From positions 310,001-374,000 of the forward strand of contig NIVC01000530.1 of NCBI GenBank assembly GCA_002269645.1: a stretch of DNA of 64,000 nt. The letters run 5' to 3'. A program made the translations under genes and the position numbers. This document shows positions 37,901 through 50,310 of the stretch, piece after piece; position 1 is the first letter of the stretch, and each line of letters begins with the position of its first letter. The DNA is from Macrostomum lignano. Taxonomy: Eukaryota. The notes below the pieces were generated by a model. The model was not told the origin of the DNA and did no database searches. It saw nothing but the letters and a program-made list of their open reading frames with translations.

Positions 37901-40710
37901 TAAATATGAAAATTAAATTCACAGCATTCAAGAAAAGATTTTCATACTTTTAGCTTTCTGCAAAGATTTTGCTCATTTTGGAGTTCAATGGGGGTTCGAC
38001 CGACCCCCCCCCCCCAATAGTTAGTAGGGGGGGTTCAATTTCTAGCTGCACTGCGTATTGGAAGGGGGTCGGTTGCTGTGTATTGGAGGGCTGATTTAGA
38101 TTGCGCAATCTTTTTGTTAACTTTAACCGACGCTGATACTGACTGCCTGAGAAATAAGTTGCGCAATTTAATTGGTTCAATGTTTTTACGGCGCCTTTCA
38201 ACACGCAGCTGTGTGTAGCTCTAACCCTAACCCTAACCCTAACCAATGAATTCTGAGAGCTAGGCTGTTTGACGTAGAAATTTCGATTTAGTCCAGTTTC
38301 ACGGAGAGGATTTCTATTTCGCGGAGAATATTTCGATGGTGTTCAGTTTCACGGAGAGGATTTCGATAGTGTTCAGTTTCACGGAGACGATTTCTGTTGC
38401 GCGGAGAGGTGTTGGAAAATGGGATTCCGCTGATAGAGTTCAGGGAATGGAATTCCGCTGATTGGAGTTCTTCCCCTTTCTTCTCCGAAGGAGGAGTTGG
38501 CCTCGTATATACTAAAGTTGGTGCGTTGTTTGTCCGTGTGTGTGTGTGTTTGTTGGATAACTCCTCCTAGAATACTTGCAAGTCAGCGTTGAAACTTATG
38601 TGGGAAAACTGCAAATTTTCCGAGGATGGCTTTAGGCTATTTTAATCTTTTATTTTTACATTTTAAGATCCCTAAAAAAGCAGAAAACGGCAATTCTGAC
38701 CTTTGATAATCTTAATTGTACCCTCTTTCTGCTCGGAGCTGAAAATTTGCATGAATTTTGAGTGATTACGCCACAACTTTTTCCTATGTCGCCAGTGCAT
38801 TTTCTCTCCTGTGGGGGAATGGGCGCGTTCTCATTGGCGGCGTGTGTACAATTGGACCCTGGCTCACTGGCTGACTTTATAGACAATTGCGCAACTATTT
38901 GTGTTCTGTTTTTTAACAGGAAGCCCTGTGTATTTTTTGCACAGTGAAATTCAGTGCATTTTAATGCATAAACTTGCGAGCATCTTTAGCAGGCAGTGAA
39001 CGTACACTCGATATTTCAATGCTTAAAATCAGAAAGTTTCAAACACTAACTGTTGCTCGAGTTTTGAACTTAGAGGAGAGACTTATATTGCTGGAAAGAT
39101 CTTGCTGCGATGAGTTCGGGGATATAAGTTTTTTGCTTTAAATATGAAAATTAAATTCACAGCATTCAAGAAAAGATTTTCATACTTTTAGCTTTCTGCA
39201 AAGATTTTGCTCATTTTGGAGTTCAATGGGGGTTCGACCGACCCCCCCCCAATAGTTAGTAGGGGGGGTTCAATTTCTAGCTGCACTGCGTATTGGAAGG
39301 GGGTCGGTTGCTGTGTATTGGAGGGCTGATTTAGATTGCGCAATCTTTTTGTTAACTTTAACCGACGCTGATACTGACTGCCTGAGAAATAAGTTGCGCA
39401 ATTTAATTGGTTCAATGTTTTTACGGCGCCTTTCAACACGCAGCTGTGTGTAGCTCTAACCCTAACCCTAACCCTAACCAATGAATTCTGAGAGCTGGGC
39501 TGTTTGACGGAGAAATTTCGATTTAGTCCAGTTTCACGGAGAGGATTTCTATTTCGCGGAGAATATTTCGATGGTGTTCAGTTTCACGGAGAGGATTTCG
39601 ATAGTGTTCAGTTTCACGGAGACGATTTCTGTTGCGCGGAGAGGTGTTGGAAAATGGGATTCCGCTGATGGAGTTCAGGGAATGGAATTCCGCTGATTGG
39701 AGTTCTTCCCCTTTCTTCTCCGAAGGAGGAGTTGGCCTCGTCCTAATACTAAAACCGACGCGATGTTTGTCTGTCTGTATGTCTGTCTGTCTGTATGTAG
39801 CAAGTGAACTCCTACAATTCTGCCAAGTCAACGTCGAAACTTATATGGGAAAACTGCAAATTTTCCGGAGCAGGCTTTAGGCTATTTTAATTTTTAATTT
39901 TCACATTTTAACATCCCTAAAAAAGCAGAAAACTGCTTTTTTAACCCCCAATAACCTTCTTTGGTCACTCTGCCTGGGGCTTCAGCCAGTTTGTAAAAAT
40001 AGCCACCCCAACCTCCGCCCGCGGGCCGCTGTGTATTGAGGGGTGGTGGGTGCGCGTGTTCTGCGTTCAATGCAAATAAAACCCCCGCGTGTTGGGGGGT
40101 CGAGTTAAATTTAATGCTTCCCCCAGAACGGGGGTTGGGCTTGGGCTGAGTGTACATAGCAGTTGTACAGTGTAAATAGATAGACTGTGTCGAAATTCAT
40201 TTGGTTTTATTATCGGCGCCTTTTTTCTCCATAGGCAGCCAGCCCTGTGTATTAGCTTGGCAGTGAAATTCAATGAATTGCGACTGCGAGCTTCTCTAGC
40301 AAGCAGTCGGGAAATCGGTAAATTTCAAACGCTAACTGTTCCTCGAGTTTTAAACTTTGAGAGGAGAGACTTATATTGCTGGAAAGATCTTGCAACGCTG
40401 AGTTTGGGGATATAAGTTGTTTGCTTTATATATGAAAAGAAAAAGCACAGCATTTGAAAAACTATTTTCATACTTTTAACTTTCTGCAAAGATTGTACTT
40501 AGTTTTGCGAGACGTAATAGATAAAGTTGGGGGAGGGTTCAACTTCTCACTGCTGCTGTGTATTGGAGGGTTGATTTAGATTGCGCAACTGTTTATTTAA
40601 CTTTAAATAAGACTGATACTGTCTGACTGAGAAATGGTTTGCGCAATTAATTGATTCAATTAATTCAACACGCAGCTCTGTGCAGCTCGAACCCTAACCC
40701 TAACCAATGA
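25974..40710. repeat. Short (CCCTAA)2-6 telomere-type tracts, one per array unit
   Basis: At about 25974, 27189, 28397, 29624, 30850, 32075, 33748, 35574, 38222, 39456 and 40689. Confidence 0.9.
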
Positions 40711-41420
40711 ATTCTGAAAGTTAAGTTCTTTTTGACAGAGAAAATTTCGATTGAGTCCAGTTTCACGGAGTATTCTGATGGTTTTCGGTTTCACGGAGAG
40801 GATTTATTTTTCGTGGAGAGAATTTAGATGTATTTCTGTTTTACGGAGACGATTTTGATGGATGTCAGTTTCACTCAGAGGATTTCCATGGAGCCCAGTT
40901 TCACGGAGAGGATTTCTGTTTCGCGGAGAGGATTTCTGTTTCGCGGAGAGGATTTCTGTTTCACGGAGGGATTTTGATGGATTTGGTATCTTCAGTCAGT
41001 CAGTAAAGAGAGTAAAGAGAAGAGTGAAAAGAGAAGAGAGAAAAGATTATAGAAAAGAGAGTAGAGATGAGAGAGGACAGATTAGACATGACAGATGGGA
41101 GAGAAGAGGGGAGTAAGGCGGGAACGAAGAGGGAGAGAGAAGAAAAGAGGAGAGAGGAGATGAGAGGGAATATATGAGATAGCAGAGGGAGACAGGAGAG
41201 ATGAGAGGAGAGAGAAGAGAGGAGCTGAGAGTAGAGGAGAAAGAAATAGTGAGATGAGGCATGAGGGATGAGAGATGAGAGAGGAGAGAAGAGAGGAGAG
41301 AGGAGAAAACAGGGGATAAAGGAGACAGGAGAGAAAGACGAAAGACGAGGGAGAAGAGATAAATAAGGTGGTAGAGATGAGAGACGTGAGAGGAGAGAAA
41401 AGAGAAGAGAGGAGACAGAA
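34175..41420. repeat. GA-rich low-complexity tracts in the three expanded units (~34175-34500, ~35970-37090, ~40990-41420)
   Basis: Almost purine-only top strand. All three begin after a shared TCTTCA(A/G)TCAGTCAG...AGAGAGTAAAGAG sequence. They explain the spurious S/L/P-rich minus-strand ORFs. Confidence 0.85.
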
Positions 41421-42090
41421 GAATCTGAGTCTGGACAATGGCAGTCAGTTTTTGCGAACAGGGAAAACAAGATATGGTATTTGAAAGGCTTTACAGAGGA
41501 TTTGGAGATGATTTGGAAGATGGGATTCAAGTCATGGAATTTCAGCTGATGGATTTCAGGGAATGGAATTCCGGTGATGGGAGTTCTTCCCCTTTCTCCT
41601 CCAGAGGAGGAGTTGGCCTCGTTTAATACTAAAAACGGAAAGTTAGGTAGCCAAAAGTCTCTCTCCACCTAAAATTATGTTAAACATTTTTATTACTGAT
41701 TTTATCACCTAGACTATACGAGCAAACATGTACTTTTACAACTGGTTGATATGTTTCCAAATCTAAAGGAAACAACATCGAGGCAACACAGAAAGCCGCT
41801 AAAGCGTAGGCAGTATGAAGGATGCACAAAAAGATAGAGTAAAAGCCTATTTCTGCGATAGTACGAGTAATCCATGGGCTTCCCGTGGCGTACGCTCAAA
41901 CCTCATTTCTATTTTTAGAAGCGTACACCGCCGAGCTGAAAGTAAAGTACGTTAAGCTTGTTCCTTATAAATTACGCGTATGTATACGCGTGTATAACCT
42001 GGAACCAAGCTAAACAGCTTCCATTCCTTCCCTGGTTTAGCTTCATTGAGGCATCTCACAGAAAAAACAATTGCTAATTATAATTTAATA

Positions 42091-43614
42091 ATGGAGTCGC
42101 ACTATCTTCTTCTTGCTGCCATCGCTCTGGTTTTTTCTAAGTAAGTTAAATTTTTTGATTAGATGATGAAATGTCTTTCATTAGATACACCATTAATTGC
42201 ATGCTTGTACTGTGCCCAGGTGTCACTGCATCACTGAGGATATTGAGCTGAACGACGGCAAGAGAGAGTTACTAATCAGTGTAGATTTGAGGAACCGCAG
42301 ACCACAGAGTTGGGAGGTGAGATTGAGCTCTAGAAGCTCCAATCAACAGGTACTGCTTGAAGGAACTGACCTCACTGACAGCGCCTATGCTGTCAGCTAT
42401 TCTCTGGGAACCGACTCAAGAATAGCGACTCGTGGACTATTTCACATCTTTACTCTCCATCAGCAGTAAGTTTTGAAAAAAAAACTTTTTTTAGCATAGC
42501 AGACAATGTTAAGACGCTGTACATGCAGTATTTGACGTCAACTATTCCAGAATGAAACTGCGCATAGAAGCAAAGCTGATACAAAGCGGCAAATGGCAAC
42601 GCAATGTCGCTTCGATCATCTTGAGACTTCGGCTGATAAGCCCTGGAAAGTGCGCCGCTGACATGCTCAGTTATCGAGGCTGGTGCTATGTTGACAGTTC
42701 AGTACCGCAGAATATTACAGAAGCGATGTTGAGCATTAGAGGCAATGCTCAGCTGGCCAGCTTTTCCAGCCTGAATGAGATGCAAGAGCTTATCCGTGCT
42801 AGTGAGTTTTTAAAATACACAATCATATATCTAAGGGCTACGAGCTACTAATACCCTGCTCATTTTCTTACAGACAATAAGCCATTATTAACTCCTCCAT
42901 ACAAGCGAAAAATCGACCTTAAGCAAGCAGCTCGTATCGGCATGTTCCGAGGCGATTCCAAGGCGTCAATAATGTCTCTAATCAATAGTGGCAGCCACTG
43001 CGAATTGCAGCCAGTTCAGCAGTACAAGGATCTCATGTAAGCATTCAATTGACGTGAAAACGTGAAGATTTTCGGCATTACCATTCTAAATTTTATTTGT
43101 TCTTTTTAGTGTAAACAATAAAACAAATGGTAAATGTTGGTCTATACGGGAGGTAACATCTGATGGCGCTGAGATGGAACTGAATGATTGCAACAGTCCA
43201 ATGCCATCACTGATAAGTTTCCAGCAGACAGCCAATTCTGAATTGCTGCATTTCTCCGACTGTCATAGCGACAGCATTATTCACCTAGTGACCGAACTGG
43301 TCGGTTCTTTTGCGAACAACAGATCAACGGTGCTCACAGGCGGCACAATTCCAACCAATTATGATGACAGAAATGGCAATGGAAGTGCTCAATGGGAAAG
43401 CGGCGCTATTGGTAACTCTACGGCGGAATATAGATCCGAGAAAAATACTCTAGGATTATGGGGAATTTTCATCATCGTAACTGCCTTTGTTTTTTTAGTT
43501 TTACTTATTTCTGTTTTCGTCTATCGCTTTCGCAAAAGATTGTGCACTCAAACACAGGATATTCCTGCTGAGAGTGAGCTGGAGGCAATGCATAATTCGA
43601 GGCAAAGTGAATGA
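42091..43614 (+). CDS. Cluster gene D: most divergent paralog, 404 aa
   Basis: Exons 42091-42140 (MESHYLLLAAIALVFSK), 42220-42465, 42551-42801, 42874-43036 and 43110-43614 join in frame (1215 nt). Motifs CAADMLSYRGWCY, GNAQLASFSS, ARIGM, DCNSPMPSL. TM LWGIFIIVTAFVFLVLLISVFVY. Confidence 0.8.
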
Positions 43615-44752
43615 GACGAAGTTACTCCCCCCGGGCAAGATATTGGTTGTTCCGTTTGGAACGGAACTCCGTCAAGATTTAGTCGCTTCAGAGCAGGAGA
43701 GTGTCCCATTTATTATAAACTCGAATACGCACGATGCATTTTCCCAGTAATTGTCCAGGTTTCACACTGTATTCTTAAAATATCTGCTGAAACGCAGGCT
43801 TGAAATGCAGGCTATAGCAAATTAAAAGCGTAGAAAAACGCTTTTTTAGACTTTCAAGGCACTCTTTATCAGTCTTTATAAAGTGGTCAGTAAAATGCCA
43901 CCCAAATTTGCTCGTCTAGTCATTCACGAATTTTATTTGCAGAAACCGAACGTTCAAATTTAAGTAAGGTAATTTTTACTTCCCAAACTTCAGTATATTT
44001 TTATTCATGCTAGATACTATTTTTCCTACAGTATACGCAAATCCAACTGTTAGTTCATGCTTGAAAAGTTAATCGCCTGCTTAATCGAATCCAGTTTTTC
44101 AACTTTAAAACTAAATATACAGCGTTTAGTCTTTGAGACTACAAAACTCATGTACAAAGTTTGATGTTTAAATGAAATAATCTTTAAAAAACTGCTTCTG
44201 TATATGCTTTTTGCAGGTACTAACCATGCAGAGCCTTAGAATGGGGAATTATTTATCGACATTAGATTGAGCTGGAGAATCAGTGTACTTTTATCTCAGC
44301 TGATTTCCCTGTTTTATGGCTTAGACAACCCTGTAGCTCGTGTACAGTCTGAATGTAATTTCTTACTAGGTACTATCACACTGCTTCACAATGGACACTG
44401 CTATATGATGAACATATGCAAGTGCAACTAGCTATTTTTATCGATGATGTACATTGTTTGCTCGCATTCGTGAGTCACTGGTCTCAGAACTGATGCGAGT
44501 ACGAGTGCATTCGTTATAGTGAAAAAAGCATTGCCATGGAATATACACGGCAGATCCCACAAACCCATGGCAAACCCGAGGCTACTCTACGGTGTTTCCT
44601 GGGATATACCATGGAATAACTGTATTTCATGCATATACCTAAGCAATATTTTCATTAAAACGTTGCCTTACATTTCTGCTTTTGTATCGGGATCTGCAAC
44701 TAGGCCTATATCGCTATATTGGTCAGAAGCGCTCTTAGTAGCTACAAGGAGC

Positions 44753-47700
44753 ATGCTCGATTATTTAAAAAAATTATCAGCAGTCCTTCTTCATGACAAC
44801 CCTTTGACATCATATATACTGCTGATCTTACTAGTGGCTTTCTTCACCCAGCTGTGAGTGATATTTGATACATATATTAAGGTCGAATGTATAGAGTAAG
44901 TGGGGTTTTAGCCTAGTGGTTAGAGCGTCGGACTCACGACTAAAAGGTCGGGGGTTCGATTCTCGCTCCACTCGGAACAATTTGTGTCGCTTGAACAAGC
45001 ACTTAACTCTAATTTGCTTTAGTTCACCCAGCGGTAAAATGGGTGCCAAAATTAGGGTAGGGGGGGGGGGTAATTGGGGGTGTGTGTGTGTTAGGAACCC
45101 CTCAGTCCTTGCACTTTGGGGCTGGGTAGTCATTTATTGTTATTTTTATCAATGTTATAATTATATTGCCGTCTAATTATAGTAATCGTGAGTTGGCATA
45201 TGTACAGTTAGTACTCACCTATTCATGTCTGCAGATGCCAGTCAGACAATCACCACTGCAGCCCACTGGGCCAGCACGTTCTACCACTCGACAATAGAAT
45301 GAACAAAGACGAGACTCTGATACCGGAGCTGCAGGATGCTGACAGTGTGAAACGATTCGATTACAACCGCTGCCGATGGAGATTCGAGAAGAACTCGAGA
45401 CCGCAGACTGGCGTCCAGTTAGTTGTGCAAGGACTGCCTCTGGCCACTGAATTCAGCCGCTGCGTCAACAAGGCCGAAATTCAAATTAAGAGTTCGTTGG
45501 GATGGAAAAAGACAATTGAAGCCGGATCCCTTCACGTGTTTTCGCTATTTAAGAGGTACTGGTAAATTTTTGCAATCGCGTAGATACTAATGTGTTTTAA
45601 AATAGTAAATGTCATTTAAGTGGTGTGAAAATCAAATTTAAATTCATATATCTATTTGCTCACTTCAGACAGTCGTTAGACATCGAAGCGTACTGGAAGG
45701 CCAACACTCCAGCAGTGGACAGATGCGCCATGAAAGTGCGAGTGCTGGTTCCGATTCAACAAGACTGCAGTCCAGACATGCTCGGATTTCGTGGCAACTG
45801 CTTCGCCCTGAGCACACAGAAACAAAATTTAACAGACGCAATGTCCAACATCGGAGGCGATGCTCAGCTGGCCAGCTTCTCCAGCGTGGCTGACATCGCT
45901 GAGCTTATCGCGGCAAGTGAGTAAAATGATGATTTAAACAAATTTGCAACAAAATATTATGATTGCTGGTACACTGGTTTTAGACACAGCCAGGCAGCAC
46001 AATTACCCATACGAGCGGCCCCTGAGCCTGGGTCAACCGGTCCGTCTCGGCATGTTTCTCAACGCAACCGCTGCTGAAGTTCTGTCACTGGTCAGGAGTG
46101 ACAGCAGCTGTCAGATGCAGCCTGTTGCGAAGCTGTCCAATTTTTCGTAAGTTTTGTGTTCTCGTAGCGTCATTTCGTTACAAACCGGTTTGATTGGCCT
46201 TCATAAGCACTTTATAAAATCGCTGTAAATTTCAGAGCGACTGGCATAGTGACAGGTCCGTGCTTGACACTGAGGGTGAATAAGTCCGACGCAGCGGTGA
46301 TCGAGTTCGGTGACTGCAGCAGCCCGATGCTGTCGCTGATGAGCTTCCCGGAGACTGCGCGCTCCGTGCCGAGCTCAGCAGTGCACTGCAGCGGCAGCGA
46401 ACTGGCGACTCTTCTGGATCGGCTTCAGAGTCGCTTTGCGGATGCCGAGTCCAGTCCAGAGTTTTCTGCTCAAGGGAAAAATAATTCGGCTAGAGAAGGA
46501 AATGAGTTATTTTTCCAGAAGAATCAGGATTTTATCTATCCCGCCATTATCGTTGGTGCACTGCTGCTGATTGCTGTCTTTGTGGTGATGGCGTTCGCGA
46601 TGAAGCTTCGACGGTGTCGCAAGCTGAAATACCTGCTGAATTACGAACCCCAAGAATCTAAACAGCTACGAGTAGATCACACGCAAATTGCTGAGCCACC
46701 AAAAAATTTTGGGAATTATGCTGATGATTACGTGGCCAGTACGTTGTTTCAATTGTCATGAAGTCTTTGTTTCAAGTCCTGTTCTCTGAATGAAGTCTTT
46801 GTTCAAGCCCGATGTCTCACAATTTCAGAGCGACACCCTCAAGCTGACGACATCACAGCGCCTGCTCTGCATACCTCGTCCAGCATTGACAGCCTGGACC
46901 TGCTGGCCGCAGCCAACCGGCCGCTGCTTCGTCAGCAAGAGGTCCCCAGCAGTTTGTCATCCACAGCAGACCTTTACTTGGCCGCCAGGCTGGCCGGGGA
47001 TGAGAGCAGCGAAGATTTCTCAGATTTGGTGCCGAATTCGTCGGACAGGTTCGGACACTCCGATTCCGAGTCTTTGTCCTCCTCTCTGTTGGACTCAGCC
47101 GTTGGTGGCGCCTCTGCAGAGGTGAGTTGGTTCCTGGCTTCATCTGCGAGTCTGTCTGAGTAAACTGAGCTATTTGGGACTTTGTCTGTCTCTCCACCTT
47201 CTGTTTACCACTCTGTCTCTCTCTCTAAACCTCTGCCTACCTGTCTATCTCACCCTTTATTTCACTGTCTACCTCTCTGTCTCATACTATACCTCAATCT
47301 CTACTTTTCTATCTCATCCTGTTCCTTGTCTACCTGTATTTCATCATTCGCACCTGTCTACATATACCTCCCTAATCTATGTGTTAAGCTGCTGATGAAA
47401 AGATTTTACCCACACGTTTATTTATAAATCCTGCTGGAAAAAGATGACAGCTTGCAGCAATTTAACTATGCGTTCCCTGTCTGATGAATAACCTTTATTA
47501 GTACCTCTGAATTAGTTTTAGATAAGGTATATTTATTTACGAGCTACAAATTTTATGTTAATGCTGTTAGCTAGATTAGCAATCCAGTTCGTATAATTAT
47601 TTCCCTTAATCCCCTGCATTTCGCACCTGCAGCCCATTAGCAATAGCCAATCGGCATCCAACGTTAGCCGCCCCAAACAAACGGAGCAGCAGCAACGGAA

Positions 47701-47989
47701 TGAGAAGCCTGATGACTCACGAGAGGATCGGAGCGAGCTGCCCCAAGTTAACAACACCAAGTATTTGCGGCGCCTTTACCGCCAAAAAATCGATCAATCT
47801 GGCGCCCGGCATCCTCAGACACCAAAGATCGGCTGCGGTTCGGACATGCAGCGTCCGTTTCGACAACCGAAACTCGAAGCTAGAGAAGACCCAGCTGACA
47901 GCGGCGAGATCGAAGGTCAGCGACTGGATCGGGGAGAACTGCCTCCGGAAGGAACGACAAAACAGTTGCGAGCTCTGTTTAGCAACTGA
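44753..47989 (+). CDS. Cluster gene E: 661 aa, with a long three-exon cytoplasmic tail
   Basis: Exons 44753-44853, 45235-45555, 45669-45916, 45984-46146, 46236-46738, 46829-47121 and 47633-47989 join in frame (1986 nt) with GT-AG sites. Confidence 0.7.
44902..45165 (+). mobile_element. tRNA-derived SINE in intron 1 of gene E
   Basis: Box A TAGCCTAGTGG, box B GGTTCGATTC, then a non-tRNA body GCACTTAACTC...CACCCAGCGGTAAAATGGGTGCC shared with 58360-58610, and an AT-rich tail. Confidence 0.75.
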
Positions 47990-48243
47990 CGGCTGATTGT
48001 GGGACCAGGAATCGAGTTTGGTCCTTTGTAGCCAAGTAATGGACGTCTAGATCTATAGATTGTATTTAGTATATTGGATGGGCTGTGATAATTATATGTA
48101 TTCATATCTCGTCTAATTTATTTTAAATGTAAAATATGGCCCAAAACCTCTAAAGATGGTGTCTGGACTGGAATTGTTCTCAGAGGGAAGTCGTCAAAGG
48201 GATTTTTTGCTAAAACTCTGATCATGGCTTCGTAACGTTTTGG

Positions 48244-48384
48244 TAGGAACCAAGTCAACCTCAAGCCGGCTAGAATGACTGAACAGGGGGTACCCAATGC
48301 AGGGATTCGATAAAAACAGGCTTTCGCATGAACCGAAGACACGCTTACACAAGCTTAACCCGTGTACATTGAAACTGATCTCAC
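48244..48384 (+). promoter_or_regulatory. Conserved non-coding block, homologous to the sequence just upstream of gene G
   Basis: Aligns with 53805-53943. The core ACACAAGCTTAAYCCGTGTRCATTGAAACTGATCTCAC has 2 mismatches. Confidence 0.45.
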
Positions 48385-49233
48385 TATCTCACCTATGCTA
48401 TTCAACAGACTGGGACATTCAGCCAGTTTTCCTCCTCCGTTCACGCGTTTGACATTGAGACAGTTGCCCTATAATTGAATAAATAAAGAATACCTTAATT
48501 TTTTCATTAACTCGTTAAACTTCTTGCGGTTAATTTCTTTATAGCAACACTTTAACAATTGCAATCAAAGCTCGTATCGGTAACTGTCCAAATTTATCCA
48601 TTATTGCAGAAACTTATAAATTGTTCGTCACTCGTTCAGTTGTACCCAAAATGATTCCTGGTAGATACTCGTAGTTGAAGATGTTCTGCTAAAAATCTTG
48701 CATAAGTTTATGAGCAGTTTGAAGTCGAAAACAGGTCGAGCTTGCTAGAATATACTAGTCTGTATTGTTCTGAGACACAGTTTGACCTTGTTTACAGATT
48801 TTGCAAAAATTTTAGTCGGTAGCTACTGAAGCAGCATCTCAAAAAAGAGAACTTGCTCTGAACAGTTGACACGTACGTGCTCTCAAACTATAGTACGAGC
48901 ATAGCTAGATTCTGTGTGCCCGCGTCCCACTGACAATAACAAAACTCTTGGGTTCTGTGTGAGCCGTCTAAAAATAGTCATGAGGCTCGAGTTTTTGTTG
49001 TGCACTAGCAACCGGCGCCCCCCCCGCTGGGTAGCCAACTAAAACTGAATCATGTTTTTGAATAATCTACAGGTAGCTTCTGATCTCTCAGTCTTGACAG
49101 CTCAGAAATTCCCTTCGTAAGCCTTGACATCTCAGCAATTCTCACCAAGAGTCACAGCAGTAAAATAAATTAGCACCCGGGGAGCCTTGATATCTCAGAA
49201 ATTCCCCTCGTAAGCTTTGCAGCAGCTGTACGT

Positions 49234-49500
49234 TTAGCACCGGCTGTGAGCAATACGACTCGGCGCGGCGATATATTGTCCATTGGTGACTTCCTCGTCG
49301 ACGATCTTAAAGGCGGCGAGCAGCAGGCCAGCGTGCGCCAGCGCTACTTGCTGCTCCAGCGAGTCTGTCAGCGTCCAGATCTCAGCGTTGTAAAGCCATA
49401 GACCCAAGCACCAAATTGTCAGAGCAGAGATTTCCAGGTCACTGCTGCACCTCAGCAACTCCGTGGCCGAGCTGTAGGATCTCGGCCTTCAGACGTGCCT
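49234..49500 (-). mobile_element. Degenerate non-LTR retrotransposon (RTE-like) ORF2 fragment
   Basis: Minus-strand LYNAEIWTLTDSLEQQVALAHAGLLLAAFKI...VTNGQY resembles the LYG-ETWTLT...NEELY segment C-terminal to RT in RTE-type LINEs. Confidence 0.5.
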
Positions 49501-49871
49501 GATCACAGCGGATCGCTTCTCCGCTTCCAGCAACTCCTGGTCCAGGTCACCAGTCCCATGGGTCTCTCCTTCCGCCCTGGTGTCGCCGCTCGCCGTCCTC
49601 GTGTCGTCGATCGAACGCCACCTCGGTGAGTTCTTTGTTGTTTCGTAAACTGCCGACGTCTGCATCCTCCATGGAGCCCTGAGCCCTGCGCCTGAGATTT
49701 TGTCAGTCTCTCTTGCAACGCAAGCTTGTCACCAAAACAGAATACATTCGATGTCCTTCGATGCTAAAAATTACGAGCTAAATATTACATATTCTCGTAG
49801 CTCTTACCGTGGCTCTTCAATACCCTTCATTTTCTAGTTGACTTATTTGTACTACTCTTCTCAAAGTCCAG

Positions 49872-50000
49872 TCGGTCAATCACTACTGCGTGACGGGCAA
49901 ACCGAAAGCATTTAACTGGACGATATCCATCGCCGAGACGAGACAATGATTCCTCAGGTTCAGGACGAGCCCAGGCACAAGCTGCACAAACCATTGAAAC
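49872..50000 (+). pseudogene. Relic exon 2 of the receptor family (closest to gene C), frameshifted
   Basis: GTCAATCACTACTGCGTGAC...CGAGACGAGACAATGATTCCTCAGGTT aligns with 22882-22990 but has a 1-nt deletion and a TAA. Confidence 0.7.
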
Positions 50001-50117
50001 CGCCGCCCTTGATACAGACAACACCGCCTACGCAATACAGCCTGATACAGGCCACTGACAGTGCCAGTAGCTCTTGGACTCAGGTCGCTGACCCTGTTCT
50101 TAAAACTGCATCTGACC

Positions 50118-50310
50118 CCTGACACCCCTGACACTGCCGATCCTGACATTGCCAATCCTGACACTGCCAATCCTGACACTGCCAATCCTGACACTGCCAA
50201 TCCTGACACTGCCAATCCTGACACTGCCGATCATGACACTGCCAATCCTGACACTGCCAATCCTGACACTACCCATCCTGACACTGCCCATCCTGACACT
50301 GCCGATCCTC
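50118..50310. repeat. 15-bp minisatellite (CCTGACACTGCCAAT), about 12-13 copies
   Basis: Directly visible. It reads (PDTAN)n in one + frame and is followed by a GTAAG donor-like site at ~50326. Confidence 0.9.

Larger units (their letters stand above)
25018..41636 (+). mobile_element. Tandem array of 11 non-autonomous Helitron-like units (~1.2 kb core unit; three expanded 1.9-2.6 kb variants)
   Basis: Units end at 26228, 27443, 28680, 29906, 31132, 32357, ~34691, 37253, 38505, 39740 and 41621. Each starts T(C)...ATACTAAA...GTTTGTCTGT(GT)n and ends in a hairpin (CTCCTCC-GAA-GGAGGAG in the best copy) plus CTCG. The left junction is A|TC. The tandem structure is certain, the Helitron label is by terminal resemblance. 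Confidence 0.65.

Noticed and set aside
25018-41636. Array as CRISPR, rDNA spacer or coding repeat; recurring ORFs and S/L/P-rich ORFs
   Set aside because: The units are ~1.2 kb with no unique spacers or rRNA similarity. The ORFs come from CCCTAA, 30-bp and GA repeats.
44902-44975. Functional tRNA gene
   Set aside because: The anticodon and acceptor stems pair poorly and the sequence continues into a SINE body that has a second copy.
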